From: Candidatus Hydrogenedentota bacterium | GTDB taxonomy: Bacteria > Hydrogenedentota > Hydrogenedentia > Hydrogenedentales > SLHB01 | Direction: 5' to 3' | DNA length: 24,134 bases | Assembly (NCBI GenBank): GCA_034408725.1 | Contig: JAWXCN010000067.1 | Span: 1 to 24,134 of the forward strand | Shown here: piece by piece, positions 1 through 8,495 of the stretch | Layout: each line of letters begins with the position of its first letter | How positions within the stretch are numbered: the first letter of the stretch is position 1 | Program-made: the position numbers and the translations under genes | The notes under the pieces: generated by a model | Told to the model about the DNA's origin: nothing | Database searches by the model: none | What the model saw: the letters and a program-made list of their open reading frames with translations, nothing else

Positions 1-27
1 AAATACGGCGTTAGGGAAGAAGCCCAT

Positions 28-59
28 TTGGACTGCGGCGGCCCCCAAGGCGCCGCTTT
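28..59 (+). repeat. REP-like palindrome, family A (TTGGA[G/C]TGCGGC...GCCGCTTT), copy 1
   Basis: ttggactgcggcg-gcccccaagg-cgccgcttt, with a GCGGCG/CGCCGC stem. The same architecture recurs at 1346-1375 and 13948-13978. Confidence 0.7.
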
Positions 60-189
60 GGCTGTGCTCGCGAGTGGACTGCACAAGCGAACGGCAACGG
101 ATTCGATTCAGTTTCCCCCACCGCGAACGCATGGGTTGTTCCCTTCCTTGCCAACTGGAAAATTGTTCGCAGTCTGCGGTTCCCTTATG

Positions 190-1248
190 TCATTCGTTCA
201 CAAACATCACCTTATTCGAAAACGCGGCGCGATCTCGGATCATGGTCATGGCGTCGAGTAATTGCGGCAACCCCACGCGGTGGGTGATGAGCGGTTTCAC
301 ATCCAGTTTTCCGTTTGCCATGTATTCGAGCGATTGTTTCCAATCATCATCAGGTCCGTCAGGATTAAACGATGAATTCCAAGAACCCACTACACGGAGT
401 TGTTTGCGCAGGATCGCCCAATAGTTTTGTTTGGCGAGGTGAATGTCTCCCGCCGGATTGCCGAGCAGCACCACACGCGCGAAAGGCGCGGCGGCGTGCA
501 TGCATTGTTCAAGCGCGGCGGCGCTGCCGGAGGCTTCGATGACGAGGCTCGGAAGGGGTGCAATGGACGGAATGGACGAGATGGACTCGCCCGGTGACGC
601 TGCGACTGTTTGCACGGGTTTATAGGTGTCCGCAAAGTCTAGTTGCTTTGCGAATTCGAGTTTTCGCCCGTCGATATCCGCGAGGGTTATTTTTCTGGCG
701 CCCAGCGCGCGCGCCCAAAGCGCTACAAGCAAGCCGATTGGCCCAGCGCCGAAAATGAGGACATCGTCCCCAGATTTCATTTCGCCTTGTCGCAGGGCAT
801 GTAGCGCGACGGCCGCAGGTTCGGTCATGGCCGCTTCTTCGATGGAAACATTTCCGGGCACGGAAACCACGTTCCATGCTGGCGCGCACACATACTCCGC
901 AAATGCGCCGTTCGACCGCGAGCCGAGATAATCGTAATTGGCGCACAGCGCGAACTCGCCGATGTCGCACATCGGACATGCGCGACACGGGATCAATGGA
1001 AAGATTGTCGCGCGTCTGCCGAGAAGCTTTCGATCAACGTCATCACCGACCGCAACGATTTCGCCCGCGAACTCGTGGCCCGGTATCAGCGGAAACCGGT
1101 ACGTCCCGGTCTTGAACACACGCGGGATGTCGGAGCCGCACACGCCGCAAGCGCCCACGCGCACGAGCACTTCGCCCGCGCGCGGGGAAGGGTCATTTAT
1201 TTGCTCGCACCGGAGATCGCCGATGGCGTGGAGTACACATGCTTGCAT
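190..1248 (-). CDS. Zn-dependent medium-chain dehydrogenase (galactitol-1-phosphate/sorbitol dehydrogenase-like)
   Basis: Catalytic Zn motifs CGSD and GHE, structural Zn site CRACPMC...C, Rossmann motif GAGPIG. Start moved to ATG 1248 (MQACVLH), where the family N-terminus begins and a -10 element lies 7 nt upstream. Confidence 0.92.
   Translation of the reverse strand: MQACVLHAIGDLRCEQINDPSPRAGEVLVRVGACGVCGSDIPRVFKTGTYRFPLIPGHEFAGEIVAVGDDVDRKLLGRRATIFPLIPCRACPMCDIGEFALCANYDYLGSRSNGAFAEYVCAPAWNVVSVPGNVSIEEAAMTEPAAVALHALRQGEMKSGDDVLIFGAGPIGLLVALWARALGARKITLADIDGRKLEFAKQLDFADTYKPVQTVAASPGESISSIPSIAPLPSLVIEASGSAAALEQCMHAAAPFARVVLLGNPAGDIHLAKQNYWAILRKQLRVVGSWNSSFNPDGPDDDWKQSLEYMANGKLDVKPLITHRVGLPQLLDAMTMIRDRAAFSNKVMFVNE
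562..588. repeat. In-frame 9-bp tandem repeat (aatggacgg aatggacga gatggactc) inside the dehydrogenase
   Basis: Three units with a TGGAC core, encoding ESI-SSI-PSI on the minus strand. Confidence 0.65.
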
Positions 1249-1255
1249 GAATCGT

Positions 1256-1264
1256 ATTGTAACA
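1256..1264 (-). promoter_or_regulatory. Extended -10 promoter (TGtTACAAT), probable leaderless start
   Basis: TG-n-TACAAT lies 7 nt before ATG 1248, with no Shine-Dalgarno in between. Confidence 0.6.
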
Positions 1265-1345
1265 ATTGGTTCTGCGCCGAGTGCAATCAAATTGCGGGTG
1301 CGGATGGAATTTGAAAATAGTCGAGAACCCGTTATAGCCGAAGTG

Positions 1346-1375
1346 AAAGCGGCAGCTAACGCAGCCGCACTCCAA
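1346..1375 (-). repeat. REP-like palindrome, family A, copy 2
   Basis: Minus strand reads ttggagtgcggc-tgcgttagct-gccgcttt. It is intergenic, just downstream of hslV. Confidence 0.75.
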
Positions 1376-1390
1376 GGCGCTTCGCGCGAA

Positions 1391-1936
1391 TTATAGGGTT
1401 TCTACCGTGATGTTCGTATTGGTATAAATGCAGATGTCGGCGGCGGTGAGAAGGCTTTCGCGAACGAGGTTTTCCGCGTCGAGCGAGGTATGCTTGATCA
1501 GCGCGCGCGCGGCGGCCAATGCGAACGGTCCGCCGGAGCCTATAGACATGATGCCGTCTTCCGGCTCAATGATTTCGCCGCTGCCCGCGACAATGAGCGA
1601 CGTGTCCGCGTCGCACACGGCCAGGAGGGCTTCAAGGTTTCGCAGATACTTGTCGGTGCGCCATTCCTTGCCCAGCTCGACAGCCGCGCGCACAAGGTTC
1701 TTGTTGTATTCGTTCAGCTTCGCTTCGAACTTGTCGAACAGCGTGAATGCATCCGAAACCGACCCCGCGAACCCCGCGAGCACCCGGCCCTCAGCCAGCC
1801 GCCGCACCTTCGATGCGTTATGCTTCATCACGGTATTGCCGATGGTCACTTGGCCATCGCCGCCCAGCGCGACTTTGCCGTCGCGCCGAACTCCGATGAC
1901 GGTGGTGGCATGCAAATCTTTCAATGAAAACTCCAA
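1391..1936 (-). CDS. hslV: ATP-dependent protease peptidase subunit HslV (ClpQ)
   Basis: [10 protein letters not shown] (catalytic N-terminal Thr after a short propeptide), [35 protein letters not shown]. The exact TTG start is uncertain. Confidence 0.96.
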   Translation of the reverse strand: MEFSLKDLHATTVIGVRRDGKVALGGDGQVTIGNTVMKHNASKVRRLAEGRVLAGFAGSVSDAFTLFDKFEAKLNEYNKNLVRAAVELGKEWRTDKYLRNLEALLAVCDADTSLIVAGSGEIIEPEDGIMSIGSGGPFALAAARALIKHTSLDAENLVRESLLTAADICIYTNTNITVETL

Positions 1937-1968
1937 ACGGCGGGAACGACGTCCCGCGCGGGGTAGGG

Positions 1969-2493
1969 CTAAAAAAAGTCCCAGATGGCCTGGCCACCTT
2001 TCGGGTCTTCGCCTTTGTTTTTACCGTCGTCCGCGGTCGCGGGTTCGGGAACGGAATCGACCAATTCGATTTCTTCAGCTTCCGCTTCGGAGAAACTCTC
2101 GTCCCTCTCGTACTCGACTGCCGCGGCGTCTCGGTCCGCCTCGAATGCCGGTGAAACTGGTTCGGGCTCATGCCGAATGGCTACGGCTTCAGGCGTGGCG
2201 GCATCCACGATCGGGACGCGTTTTTTCCGGCCGCGCTTGGGCCTGCCGGCATTTGCCGCGGCTTCCGCGGCGTAGTCATAGCCCGGCTCAAGGTAAAAAA
2301 TATAGTCCACCGGTTCGCGCAATAGCTTGGCGATCTTGAGGCAGATGACAATGGACGGGTTCAAGCGCCCTTTTTCGATCGCGATGATCGTCTGCCGGGT
2401 AATGCCGACGTCCCGCGCCAGTGCGGACTGGCGAACGTCAAGGCGTTCGCGCAGCTCTTTCACACGGTTCCGCAACGGGGTATTCTTCAGCAT
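1969..2493 (-). CDS. XRE-family HTH protein with a long acidic, low-complexity C-terminal tail
   Basis: NRVKELR...[26 protein letters not shown]...LKIA is a Cro/C1-type HTH, followed by [10 protein letters not shown] and a D/E-rich tail ending AIWDFF. Start set at ATG 2493 (the ORF extends to 2526). Confidence 0.88.
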   Translation of the reverse strand: MLKNTPLRNRVKELRERLDVRQSALARDVGITRQTIIAIEKGRLNPSIVICLKIAKLLREPVDYIFYLEPGYDYAAEAAANAGRPKRGRKKRVPIVDAATPEAVAIRHEPEPVSPAFEADRDAAAVEYERDESFSEAEAEEIELVDSVPEPATADDGKNKGEDPKGGQAIWDFF

Positions 2494-2500
2494 GCGTTGA

Positions 2501-2530
2501 AGCATACTGGGATGCGCATAAAACAATCAA
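2501..2530 (-). promoter_or_regulatory. Sigma70-like promoter TTGATT-18-TATGCT, probable leaderless start
   Basis: The -10 element lies 7 nt before ATG 2493; no SD. Confidence 0.5.
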
Positions 2531-2621
2531 GGGCAGGCGTCAAAAAAAGTAGACCGGGGCACGTGCGAGCGCGGTCCGTTGTGATGTGGGAAACGGAACT
2601 CTGGCCACAAGGAGGCAGGGC

Positions 2622-2975
2622 ATGAACTCTGATGTGTTTGCGGCGACCCCGGAACCTCCGTACTACGCTGTCGTCTTCTCTTCGGCGCGGACCGAGGGTG
2701 ACAAGGGCTACGCAGTCATGGCTGAGCGGATGGATGCCCTGGCGCGAGAGCAACCCGGATATCTGGGTATTGAGAGCGCGCGAGGGGCGGATGGGTTCGG
2801 GATCACGGTTTCGTACTGGGAATCCCTCGAGGCTATTGCGGCATGGCGGTCGAATGCCGAGCATCAGGTGGCGCAGGAAAACGGTAAACGAATCTGGTAC
2901 GGCCATTTCGAATTGCGCATTGCGCGGGTCGAACGCGCGTACGGAATGATTCAGAAAGATCGCGCGACAAATTGA
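2622..2975 (+). CDS. Antibiotic biosynthesis monooxygenase (ABM) family protein
   Basis: PPYYAVVFSS...QPGYLGIESAR...GITVSYWESLEAIAAWR...EH..AQ..G...WY. SD AAGGAGG at 2609-2615 precedes ATG 2622. Confidence 0.92.
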   Translation: MNSDVFAATPEPPYYAVVFSSARTEGDKGYAVMAERMDALAREQPGYLGIESARGADGFGITVSYWESLEAIAAWRSNAEHQVAQENGKRIWYGHFELRIARVERAYGMIQKDRATN

Positions 2976-3451
2976 CTGCCATCCGCCTCTGTAGTTTCCG
3001 GATCGCGCCATGGAAACACCCATCCTGTCCAAGCATGTGCCAAGACCTCTCGACGGCTGCTTCGCGCAACCAACTAATTCCGCCCACGAAATGGGCAAGC
3101 GGCTAACGCGTGCGTTGCTTGCGATGTTTCAAATTGCGAAGGCTTCGCTAAGAATGCACATATCCGGGGCGTGCGAGACCGGTTGCGGTATATGAACGGC
3201 GCGCCATTGGACATAACGCAACGTGTTTACGGTCTTTTGAAAAGCCAGACGTTCCCGAAGCGGCACGCACGATTTCCTCTTGGCTTCTGCGCACCGCAGT
3301 CTCATTCCTGGCGTCATTGGCGGAAGTTCGCGCGCAATTTTGGGAGCGTTCGAGTCCCCCGCTTGAGTTTGAAACATGCCGCTCAAGGGATGTTGTGCGA
3401 AATATCAAAAATAACGTGCTGCATTCTGAAACGCCGTATTCCGGCCAAATC

Positions 3452-3487
3452 AAAAAACGCCGCGCCCAGACTTCCTGGTGCGCGGCG
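3452..3487 (-). terminator. Rho-independent terminator of the PPIase gene
   Basis: Stem cgccgcgc-ccag / ctgg-t-gcgcggcg, followed on the minus strand by T6, 17 nt after the stop at 3505. Confidence 0.8.
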
Positions 3488-3504
3488 CGTGGAATTTCGA
3501 TGCA

Positions 3505-4638
3505 CTACTGCTTTTTAGTCGCGTCTGTTTCAGTGCGGGCGGGCGGCAACGCCGGGGAATCCTTGCTCAGTTTCTGCACGAGGTCTGGCCGCAGTTGAAG
3601 CTGTTTCTCGAGGTCGAGGTACACCCGCACCTTCGTGGGGTCGCCAGTAATCGAGCCGCAGAATTCGCTCACGGCCCGACCGCCTTTCTGCGCGAGCAAC
3701 ATCTCCTTGATACGCGGTCCGGCTTCTGTCATCGACCCGTCCTGGCCCGGAAGCATCTCTACGAGCTTGATAATGTGGAACCCTGCTTCGCTTTCAACGA
3801 CATCGCTGACCTGTTCGGGTTTCATGGTAGCGACCGCATCGCGAATGAATGGGGGAAATTCCGACGCGGGCATCATTGTCCCCTTGTCCTTATACGTGCC
3901 TTCGGACAAATCGCGCGCAATTCCCTCGAAACTCTGGCCCGAACGGATTCGGGCCAAAGCGCCATCCGCTTTTTTTCGCGCCGCTTCCTTTAGTTTTGGG
4001 GTAGAGTTTTTAGTCGCGCTGATAAAAATCTGTTTGAGATGGAGCATATCGGGGCGTCGCGTGAGGTTTTTGTTCGCATCGAACCACTTGGCCACCTCTG
4101 CGTCCGACACCGTAATGCCCTTTTCCTTGATCAGCGCGTCGCGGACAGCATCGACCATCATTGCCTTACGAAGTTCTGCCTGGGCCTCGTCGCGCGTAGT
4201 GTTTGCGCGTTCGAGCACAACGTCGTCCGAAGGCGGGGTTTCCCCAGGTTTCGTCATGCGCTGCTTCAAATCATCGAATTCCGTTTTCCATTTGGCTTGA
4301 AGCTCCGCGTCGGACACGGAAATCTTGCGCCGGAGCGCTTCCTGATAAAGGACTTCCCGCTCGACGAGAACTCTTAACGAATTGATGGCGATGCCGAGGC
4401 GCTCATCATCCGGAACATTTGAACCGCCATGCGCGACCGCCCAGCGCATCATTTCGCCCATGTACAAATCGCGAAAAACGCGCGCGGGAATGGGTACGCT
4501 ATTGACCACCGCCACTGGTCCGTCCGGCACAGATTTAAGCACGACGTCCATGTTGCCCAAATCAGGGGCCTGCGCCCACGCGCAGTAAGAAGCGCCAAGC
4601 GCCAACACGGCGGATACGAAAACTCCGCGAAATGTCAT
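3505..4638 (-). CDS. Exported parvulin-type peptidyl-prolyl isomerase/foldase (SurA/PrsA-like)
   Basis: Signal peptide (AWA-Q), PVAVVN, helical SurA-N-like region, VSDAEV, and a parvulin domain FEGIARDLSEG...SDVVESEAGFHIIK. Confidence 0.88.
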   Translation of the reverse strand: MTFRGVFVSAVLALGASYCAWAQAPDLGNMDVVLKSVPDGPVAVVNSVPIPARVFRDLYMGEMMRWAVAHGGSNVPDDERLGIAINSLRVLVEREVLYQEALRRKISVSDAELQAKWKTEFDDLKQRMTKPGETPPSDDVVLERANTTRDEAQAELRKAMMVDAVRDALIKEKGITVSDAEVAKWFDANKNLTRRPDMLHLKQIFISATKNSTPKLKEAARKKADGALARIRSGQSFEGIARDLSEGTYKDKGTMMPASEFPPFIRDAVATMKPEQVSDVVESEAGFHIIKLVEMLPGQDGSMTEAGPRIKEMLLAQKGGRAVSEFCGSITGDPTKVRVYLDLEKQLQLRPDLVQKLSKDSPALPPARTETDATKKQ

Positions 4639-4952
4639 TGCTGTTCATCTCCCGAGGGAACTGGGGGCGATTCGCTGTCTGCCCCTGGCGGCCCGAGCCG
4701 CATGTTCCGTTTAGGCTTCAATTCCGGACCGGCAACCTGCTGGATTACATGCACTAAAAAAAATGCGGCGAGATACGCCACGATAAACGTCAGACCGACG
4801 CGGTATACAATTTCCACTGCGGCCGCGCCCGACCAAAGCACGCAGGCCACGAGCACGACCAAGCCAAAAAACGCGCCGGAAACCAACCCGACGCGGTCCT
4901 TGTCCATGTGCAAGATAAGGCGCGCACGGCGCGCTGCACCCGATTCTGGCAT
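4635..4952 (-). CDS. Small two-TM membrane protein of unknown function
   Basis: Two hydrophobic segments and a Pro-rich tail. Its stop overlaps the PPIase start (ATGA). Start is ATG 4952 or 4907. Confidence 0.7.
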   Translation of the reverse strand: MPESGAARRARLILHMDKDRVGLVSGAFFGLVVLVACVLWSGAAAVEIVYRVGLTFIVAYLAAFFLVHVIQQVAGPELKPKRNMRLGPPGADSESPPVPSGDEQQ

Positions 4953-4958
4953 GAGGAG

Positions 4959-4967
4959 ATGGTAGCA
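4959..4967 (-). promoter_or_regulatory. Extended -10 promoter (TGcTACCAT), probable leaderless start
   Basis: Lies 6 nt upstream of ATG 4952; no SD. Confidence 0.55.
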
Positions 4968-4991
4968 CACCCGGCGGAGCGAGAGCACGCT

Positions 4992-5105
4992 GTGGGCTTG
5001 GTGGACTTAGTGGACTTAGTGGACTCGGTGGACTTAGTGGACACAGTGGACGGCTGGCATCGAAGCGAAGCGATTGAGGTCTACCGAGTCCACCAAGTCC
5101 ACAAA
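4992..5105. repeat. Inverted pair of 9-bp tandem-repeat arrays (GTGGACTTA x7 / GTCCACCAA x3)
   Basis: Seven units at 4992-5054, a 24-nt spacer, then three reverse-oriented units at 5079-5105 next to the stop codon at 5107. Confidence 0.9.
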
Positions 5106-5106
5106 T

Positions 5107-5988
5107 TTACCCCAGCCCCAGCATCGACTCCATCACCTTCCAATCGCCATCGAACACGTGTCGAAGCACCTCGAATCCCTCCGTCCTCACCCGAACTTCG
5201 CTGAATTCTCCCCGGAACCCTTCCCCGCGGTTATGCCCAAAAAACGTGCCGGTAGTGAGATGCACCAGATTCGCGTAGCGGGGGTCGCGCACGTGGCTAA
5301 AGCGATGCACGTGGCCCGCAATGTACAGAATCCGTTTGCCGGATTCGCCGAGGACATCGCGAAGGGCATCCGCATTGCGCAATTGGCGTTGAGGCGTCAA
5401 TTCGTAAGACGCAGTACGCGCGAGCAGCGGGTAATGCCCCGCGACAATCATCGGTTCGGGCGCGGCGCCGACCAACGCGCGCACTCGGGCGATTTCCGCG
5501 TCGGTGATGCGTCCGCGCGAGGAAACCATGTTGGGACATGCAGTCGGCACGAGGATGAGGGGCGTGCCACCGGGTAACGTGTTGCGCGATGGGCATTCAT
5601 TCATATACGACTGAAAATGCTGCTCGAACCGCCGCGCGCGCAGCGATTCGAAGGTATAGACATCGTGATTGCCGGGCAACAGATGAATTGCGAATCCCCG
5701 GTCGCGCACCGCATCCACAAACTTTCGTGCGCGCGTAAACTCCGCATCGAGCGATGTCGAACTGAAATCGCCGGTGAAAAGCAGTGACTTCGCACCGGTG
5801 CCTTCGAGCGCATCAATGAACGGCTCGGCATTGTCCATGGCAAAATGCTTGCCGCGCCGCAACCACACATTCGCATTGCCAAGGATGCGTTTGTTCAGCA
5901 GATGCAATGGATTCCAGGTTACGTGCCAAAAATGCAGATCGGCAACGTGCAACAGCACATCGCGCGGCGTCGCGTTAGTTTCCGGCAT
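5107..5988 (-). CDS. Calcineurin-like metallophosphoesterase
   Basis: Motifs DLH, TGD, PGNHD, GHYP and GHVH in canonical order. Confidence 0.92.
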   Translation of the reverse strand: MPETNATPRDVLLHVADLHFWHVTWNPLHLLNKRILGNANVWLRRGKHFAMDNAEPFIDALEGTGAKSLLFTGDFSSTSLDAEFTRARKFVDAVRDRGFAIHLLPGNHDVYTFESLRARRFEQHFQSYMNECPSRNTLPGGTPLILVPTACPNMVSSRGRITDAEIARVRALVGAAPEPMIVAGHYPLLARTASYELTPQRQLRNADALRDVLGESGKRILYIAGHVHRFSHVRDPRYANLVHLTTGTFFGHNRGEGFRGEFSEVRVRTEGFEVLRHVFDGDWKVMESMLGLG

Positions 5989-5994
5989 TCGCGC

Positions 5995-8322
5995 CTACTG
6001 AAGCGCGGCGAGCACGGATTCGGGCGCAACGCCGCCCGTGAATAGCACAGCATCCGCGTCCTTGCCCGTTACCATTGCGTAGGACTCCGCAGCGGCGTTC
6101 CAAGCTTTGCCGTCGAAAATTGCCAGCGCATTCGGAGCAACCAACACCGATGCCGTCGTGACATCGCCGAGTGACCGGATGGATGGAATATACGGGCCCG
6201 CGGCCCAAGACGCATCGTCGTCGGGATCAAAATTGTTCGCGTCGATCAACACATGCGCGACGCCGCCATCCACCGCCGCTGCGAAGAGCGCCCAGATACC
6301 TGCATCGCCGATGCCCAGCACGTCCACGGGACCGCGAGTATACTCGCCCGTGCGCGCGACGGCGATCGCAGTCAGCACGTCCTGCACGCGATACGCGGTG
6401 TCCGTCGGCAAAAATGTATCCGGGAAGCTTTTTTCCAACCGCTCCGTGCGCTTCGTCGCGGCATGATGCTCGCCGGTCAGGAACGCGTCGAACGTGAGCA
6501 CTGCGCGCCCATCCGCGAGCAATGCCTGAATTAGCGCGCCGGGCCCGCCGCTTTCGACGTCCGCCAACGCGGCCTTGCCATCTTCATGCGCAATCACGAC
6601 GGTGCCTTTGAGCGCCTTGCTCGCGGGCGAGTACAGCAACACCGGCAGCGCGTCCTTCTGGCCATTGACCCCGGCGCGTAACCGTTTGATCGAATATTCG
6701 CCCCGCTCTTCCGCGCTCACGTTGCGAACGCTCAACGCGCCGCCGGGTATGGCAAGCCCCATCGCGTGCATCAGCGCGGGGCGCGCTTGCGCGCGAAATG
6801 CGTCGAGTCCCGCGCTATCCTTTGGGAGGGTGGCGGCCCACTTCGCGCGCGAACTTTCGATCAACTGCGCGACGAGTTGCTCCTGCGTCGGGTAACCCTC
6901 GGGCGGCGCATCGCCGGGAAAAACTTTTAGTGCGTCGACCACCTCAACTGCAAAATCGGGTTCGGCATAAGCCGCCCACTGATCTCCACCCAGGAGATGT
7001 TTGCCGAAAAAGCGATAGACACCTTCGCGGCTGTCCTTATTGTAATTGTGCCCCGCTTCGATCCGAACGCTCTCGACGTTGTCCGCAGCGTCATAGAGTG
7101 TGTAAACACTTCTAATCGCGGGGTACTCGACCGTCGGCGTCGCGCGGGTCCAGTCACCGCTCGCAGCGATCATCATCATCGGACGCGGTGCCATGAGCGC
7201 GCCAACTTCCATGTTCGACGCGTTGAACCGGATGATCGGCGCGTTCTCGCAGGGGCAACCGCCCTGCATGGAGTGCGAGATCATATTGACCGGCGCTGAC
7301 ACCTTCACGCGCGGATCGACCGCGCTCAATGCAAACGTCTGCGTTCCGCCGCCGGATGCGCCGGTACACGCAAGCTTGTTTTTGTCTACGTAGGGCAATG
7401 ACTCCATAAAATCAAGCGCGCGCACCGCAGTCCACAATTGCAGCGCGAAAGGATGAATGCCCCACAGCCCTTCGCGCCGCCGGACATCTTCCGAAACGTT
7501 TCCACCGGAATGTCCCCAGCCTTTGGGAAATTGCCGGCTGTCGTTATAGCCCACCATGTCGTAACTGAACGCAGCCATGCCCATGCGCGCAAACGTAATG
7601 CAGCGCCCCGCGACGGAGCAGGTCTCCGTGTCCTCGAAACGGCCCGTTGTCCAATGCCCATGCGGACAAATCACCCCGGGGTAAGGCCCGTCGCCGAGAG
7701 GACGATACAGATTTCCGGTAACCAGAAATCCGGGATGCGCCTCGAACGAAACTTTCTCGACGATGTAATCCGGGTGCTTGGCGACTTCGACGATCTTCGT
7801 ATTCAGCGGCGTGCGATCCGGCATCGGCCAGAGCCCGCTGGACACAAGGAATTTTTCGCGCAAGGGCGCTGCGAATTGTTCCCAGGCATTTTTGTCCGCG
7901 AACGGCGTCATTGAATAAAGCGTATTCGTATCGCGATCGATCGAGGCGCGGCCATCACCAAACGCGGCGGGTTGATCATTCACGCGCCGGTCCCCAGAAA
8001 CTTTTGCGGGATCATAGGTGTCGATTGTGGTGAGAACGACGGTGGCAATGTTCTCCGATAGGGCGACGCCTGCAAGGCCTTTCGGCATTGATACGCTACC
8101 CGCGCGTTTCCACTGGAACCCCACGTCGCCCGGCGCGACCGTGAGGGATTCCGTACCGAGTGTCAGTTCCGCTGAAACACCGAGGTCGGCCCAAGCCCAA
8201 ACGTGGTACTCCCGCGCGTCGCCAATGTCGATTCCCTGTTCCCGCGCTTCGAATGCGTCGACCCACAACACAGCCGGCGTTTGTAACGCCGTCCCAATCA
8301 ATGCCAAGACCACCGCTATCAT
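5995..8322 (-). CDS. Secreted tandem alpha/beta-hydrolase (acetylxylan esterase-like)
   Basis: Signal-like N-terminus, CPHGHW, nucleophile motif TGASGGGTQ, CPCEN, GDW and GHNY. A second hydrolase-like domain has GIGDAG in place of the Ser motif. SD GGAGG upstream. Confidence 0.85.
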   Translation of the reverse strand: MIAVVLALIGTALQTPAVLWVDAFEAREQGIDIGDAREYHVWAWADLGVSAELTLGTESLTVAPGDVGFQWKRAGSVSMPKGLAGVALSENIATVVLTTIDTYDPAKVSGDRRVNDQPAAFGDGRASIDRDTNTLYSMTPFADKNAWEQFAAPLREKFLVSSGLWPMPDRTPLNTKIVEVAKHPDYIVEKVSFEAHPGFLVTGNLYRPLGDGPYPGVICPHGHWTTGRFEDTETCSVAGRCITFARMGMAAFSYDMVGYNDSRQFPKGWGHSGGNVSEDVRRREGLWGIHPFALQLWTAVRALDFMESLPYVDKNKLACTGASGGGTQTFALSAVDPRVKVSAPVNMISHSMQGGCPCENAPIIRFNASNMEVGALMAPRPMMMIAASGDWTRATPTVEYPAIRSVYTLYDAADNVESVRIEAGHNYNKDSREGVYRFFGKHLLGGDQWAAYAEPDFAVEVVDALKVFPGDAPPEGYPTQEQLVAQLIESSRAKWAATLPKDSAGLDAFRAQARPALMHAMGLAIPGGALSVRNVSAEERGEYSIKRLRAGVNGQKDALPVLLYSPASKALKGTVVIAHEDGKAALADVESGGPGALIQALLADGRAVLTFDAFLTGEHHAATKRTERLEKSFPDTFLPTDTAYRVQDVLTAIAVARTGEYTRGPVDVLGIGDAGIWALFAAAVDGGVAHVLIDANNFDPDDDASWAAGPYIPSIRSLGDVTTASVLVAPNALAIFDGKAWNAAAESYAMVTGKDADAVLFTGGVAPESVLAALQ

Positions 8323-8352
8323 TGCAGCCTCCCCGATAAGTTGAACACCATC

Positions 8353-8443
8353 GTAGTCGGCAGGAGCGCGGGTTTTCCAACGCGCGATTTCTGGATATAC
8401 AAAATCAATCGCGGGTTAGAAAACCCGCGCTCCTATCCGCTAC
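8353..8443. repeat. REPIN-like inverted doublet, family B
   Basis: Arms 8362-8389 and 8407-8434 (AGGAGCGCGGGTTTTC[C/T]AAC[G/C]CGCGATT) match at 26/28 nt around a 17-nt spacer. Outer ends read GTAG and each arm has its own hairpin. Confidence 0.85.
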
Positions 8444-8495
8444 ACTTTGTGCGGGTTTGCGGCCAATTCCGATTTTCCGGGGGTATACCTTCTTC

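Noticed and set aside
1-132. Possible 5' end of a minus-strand CDS (MRSRWGKLNR...) with SD-like AAGGAAGG
   Set aside because: The frame is open to the window edge, but the peptide is unrecognisable and spans a REP-like palindrome. It cannot be supported without flanking sequence.
4992-5105. CRISPR array
   Set aside because: Contiguous 9-bp units with no unique spacers, and no cas genes in the window.
8437-8452. NrdR-box-like sequence ccgCTAcActTTGtgc upstream of the nrdD-like gene
   Set aside because: It mismatches a conserved central position, has no clear tandem partner box, and overlaps the end of the REP doublet.
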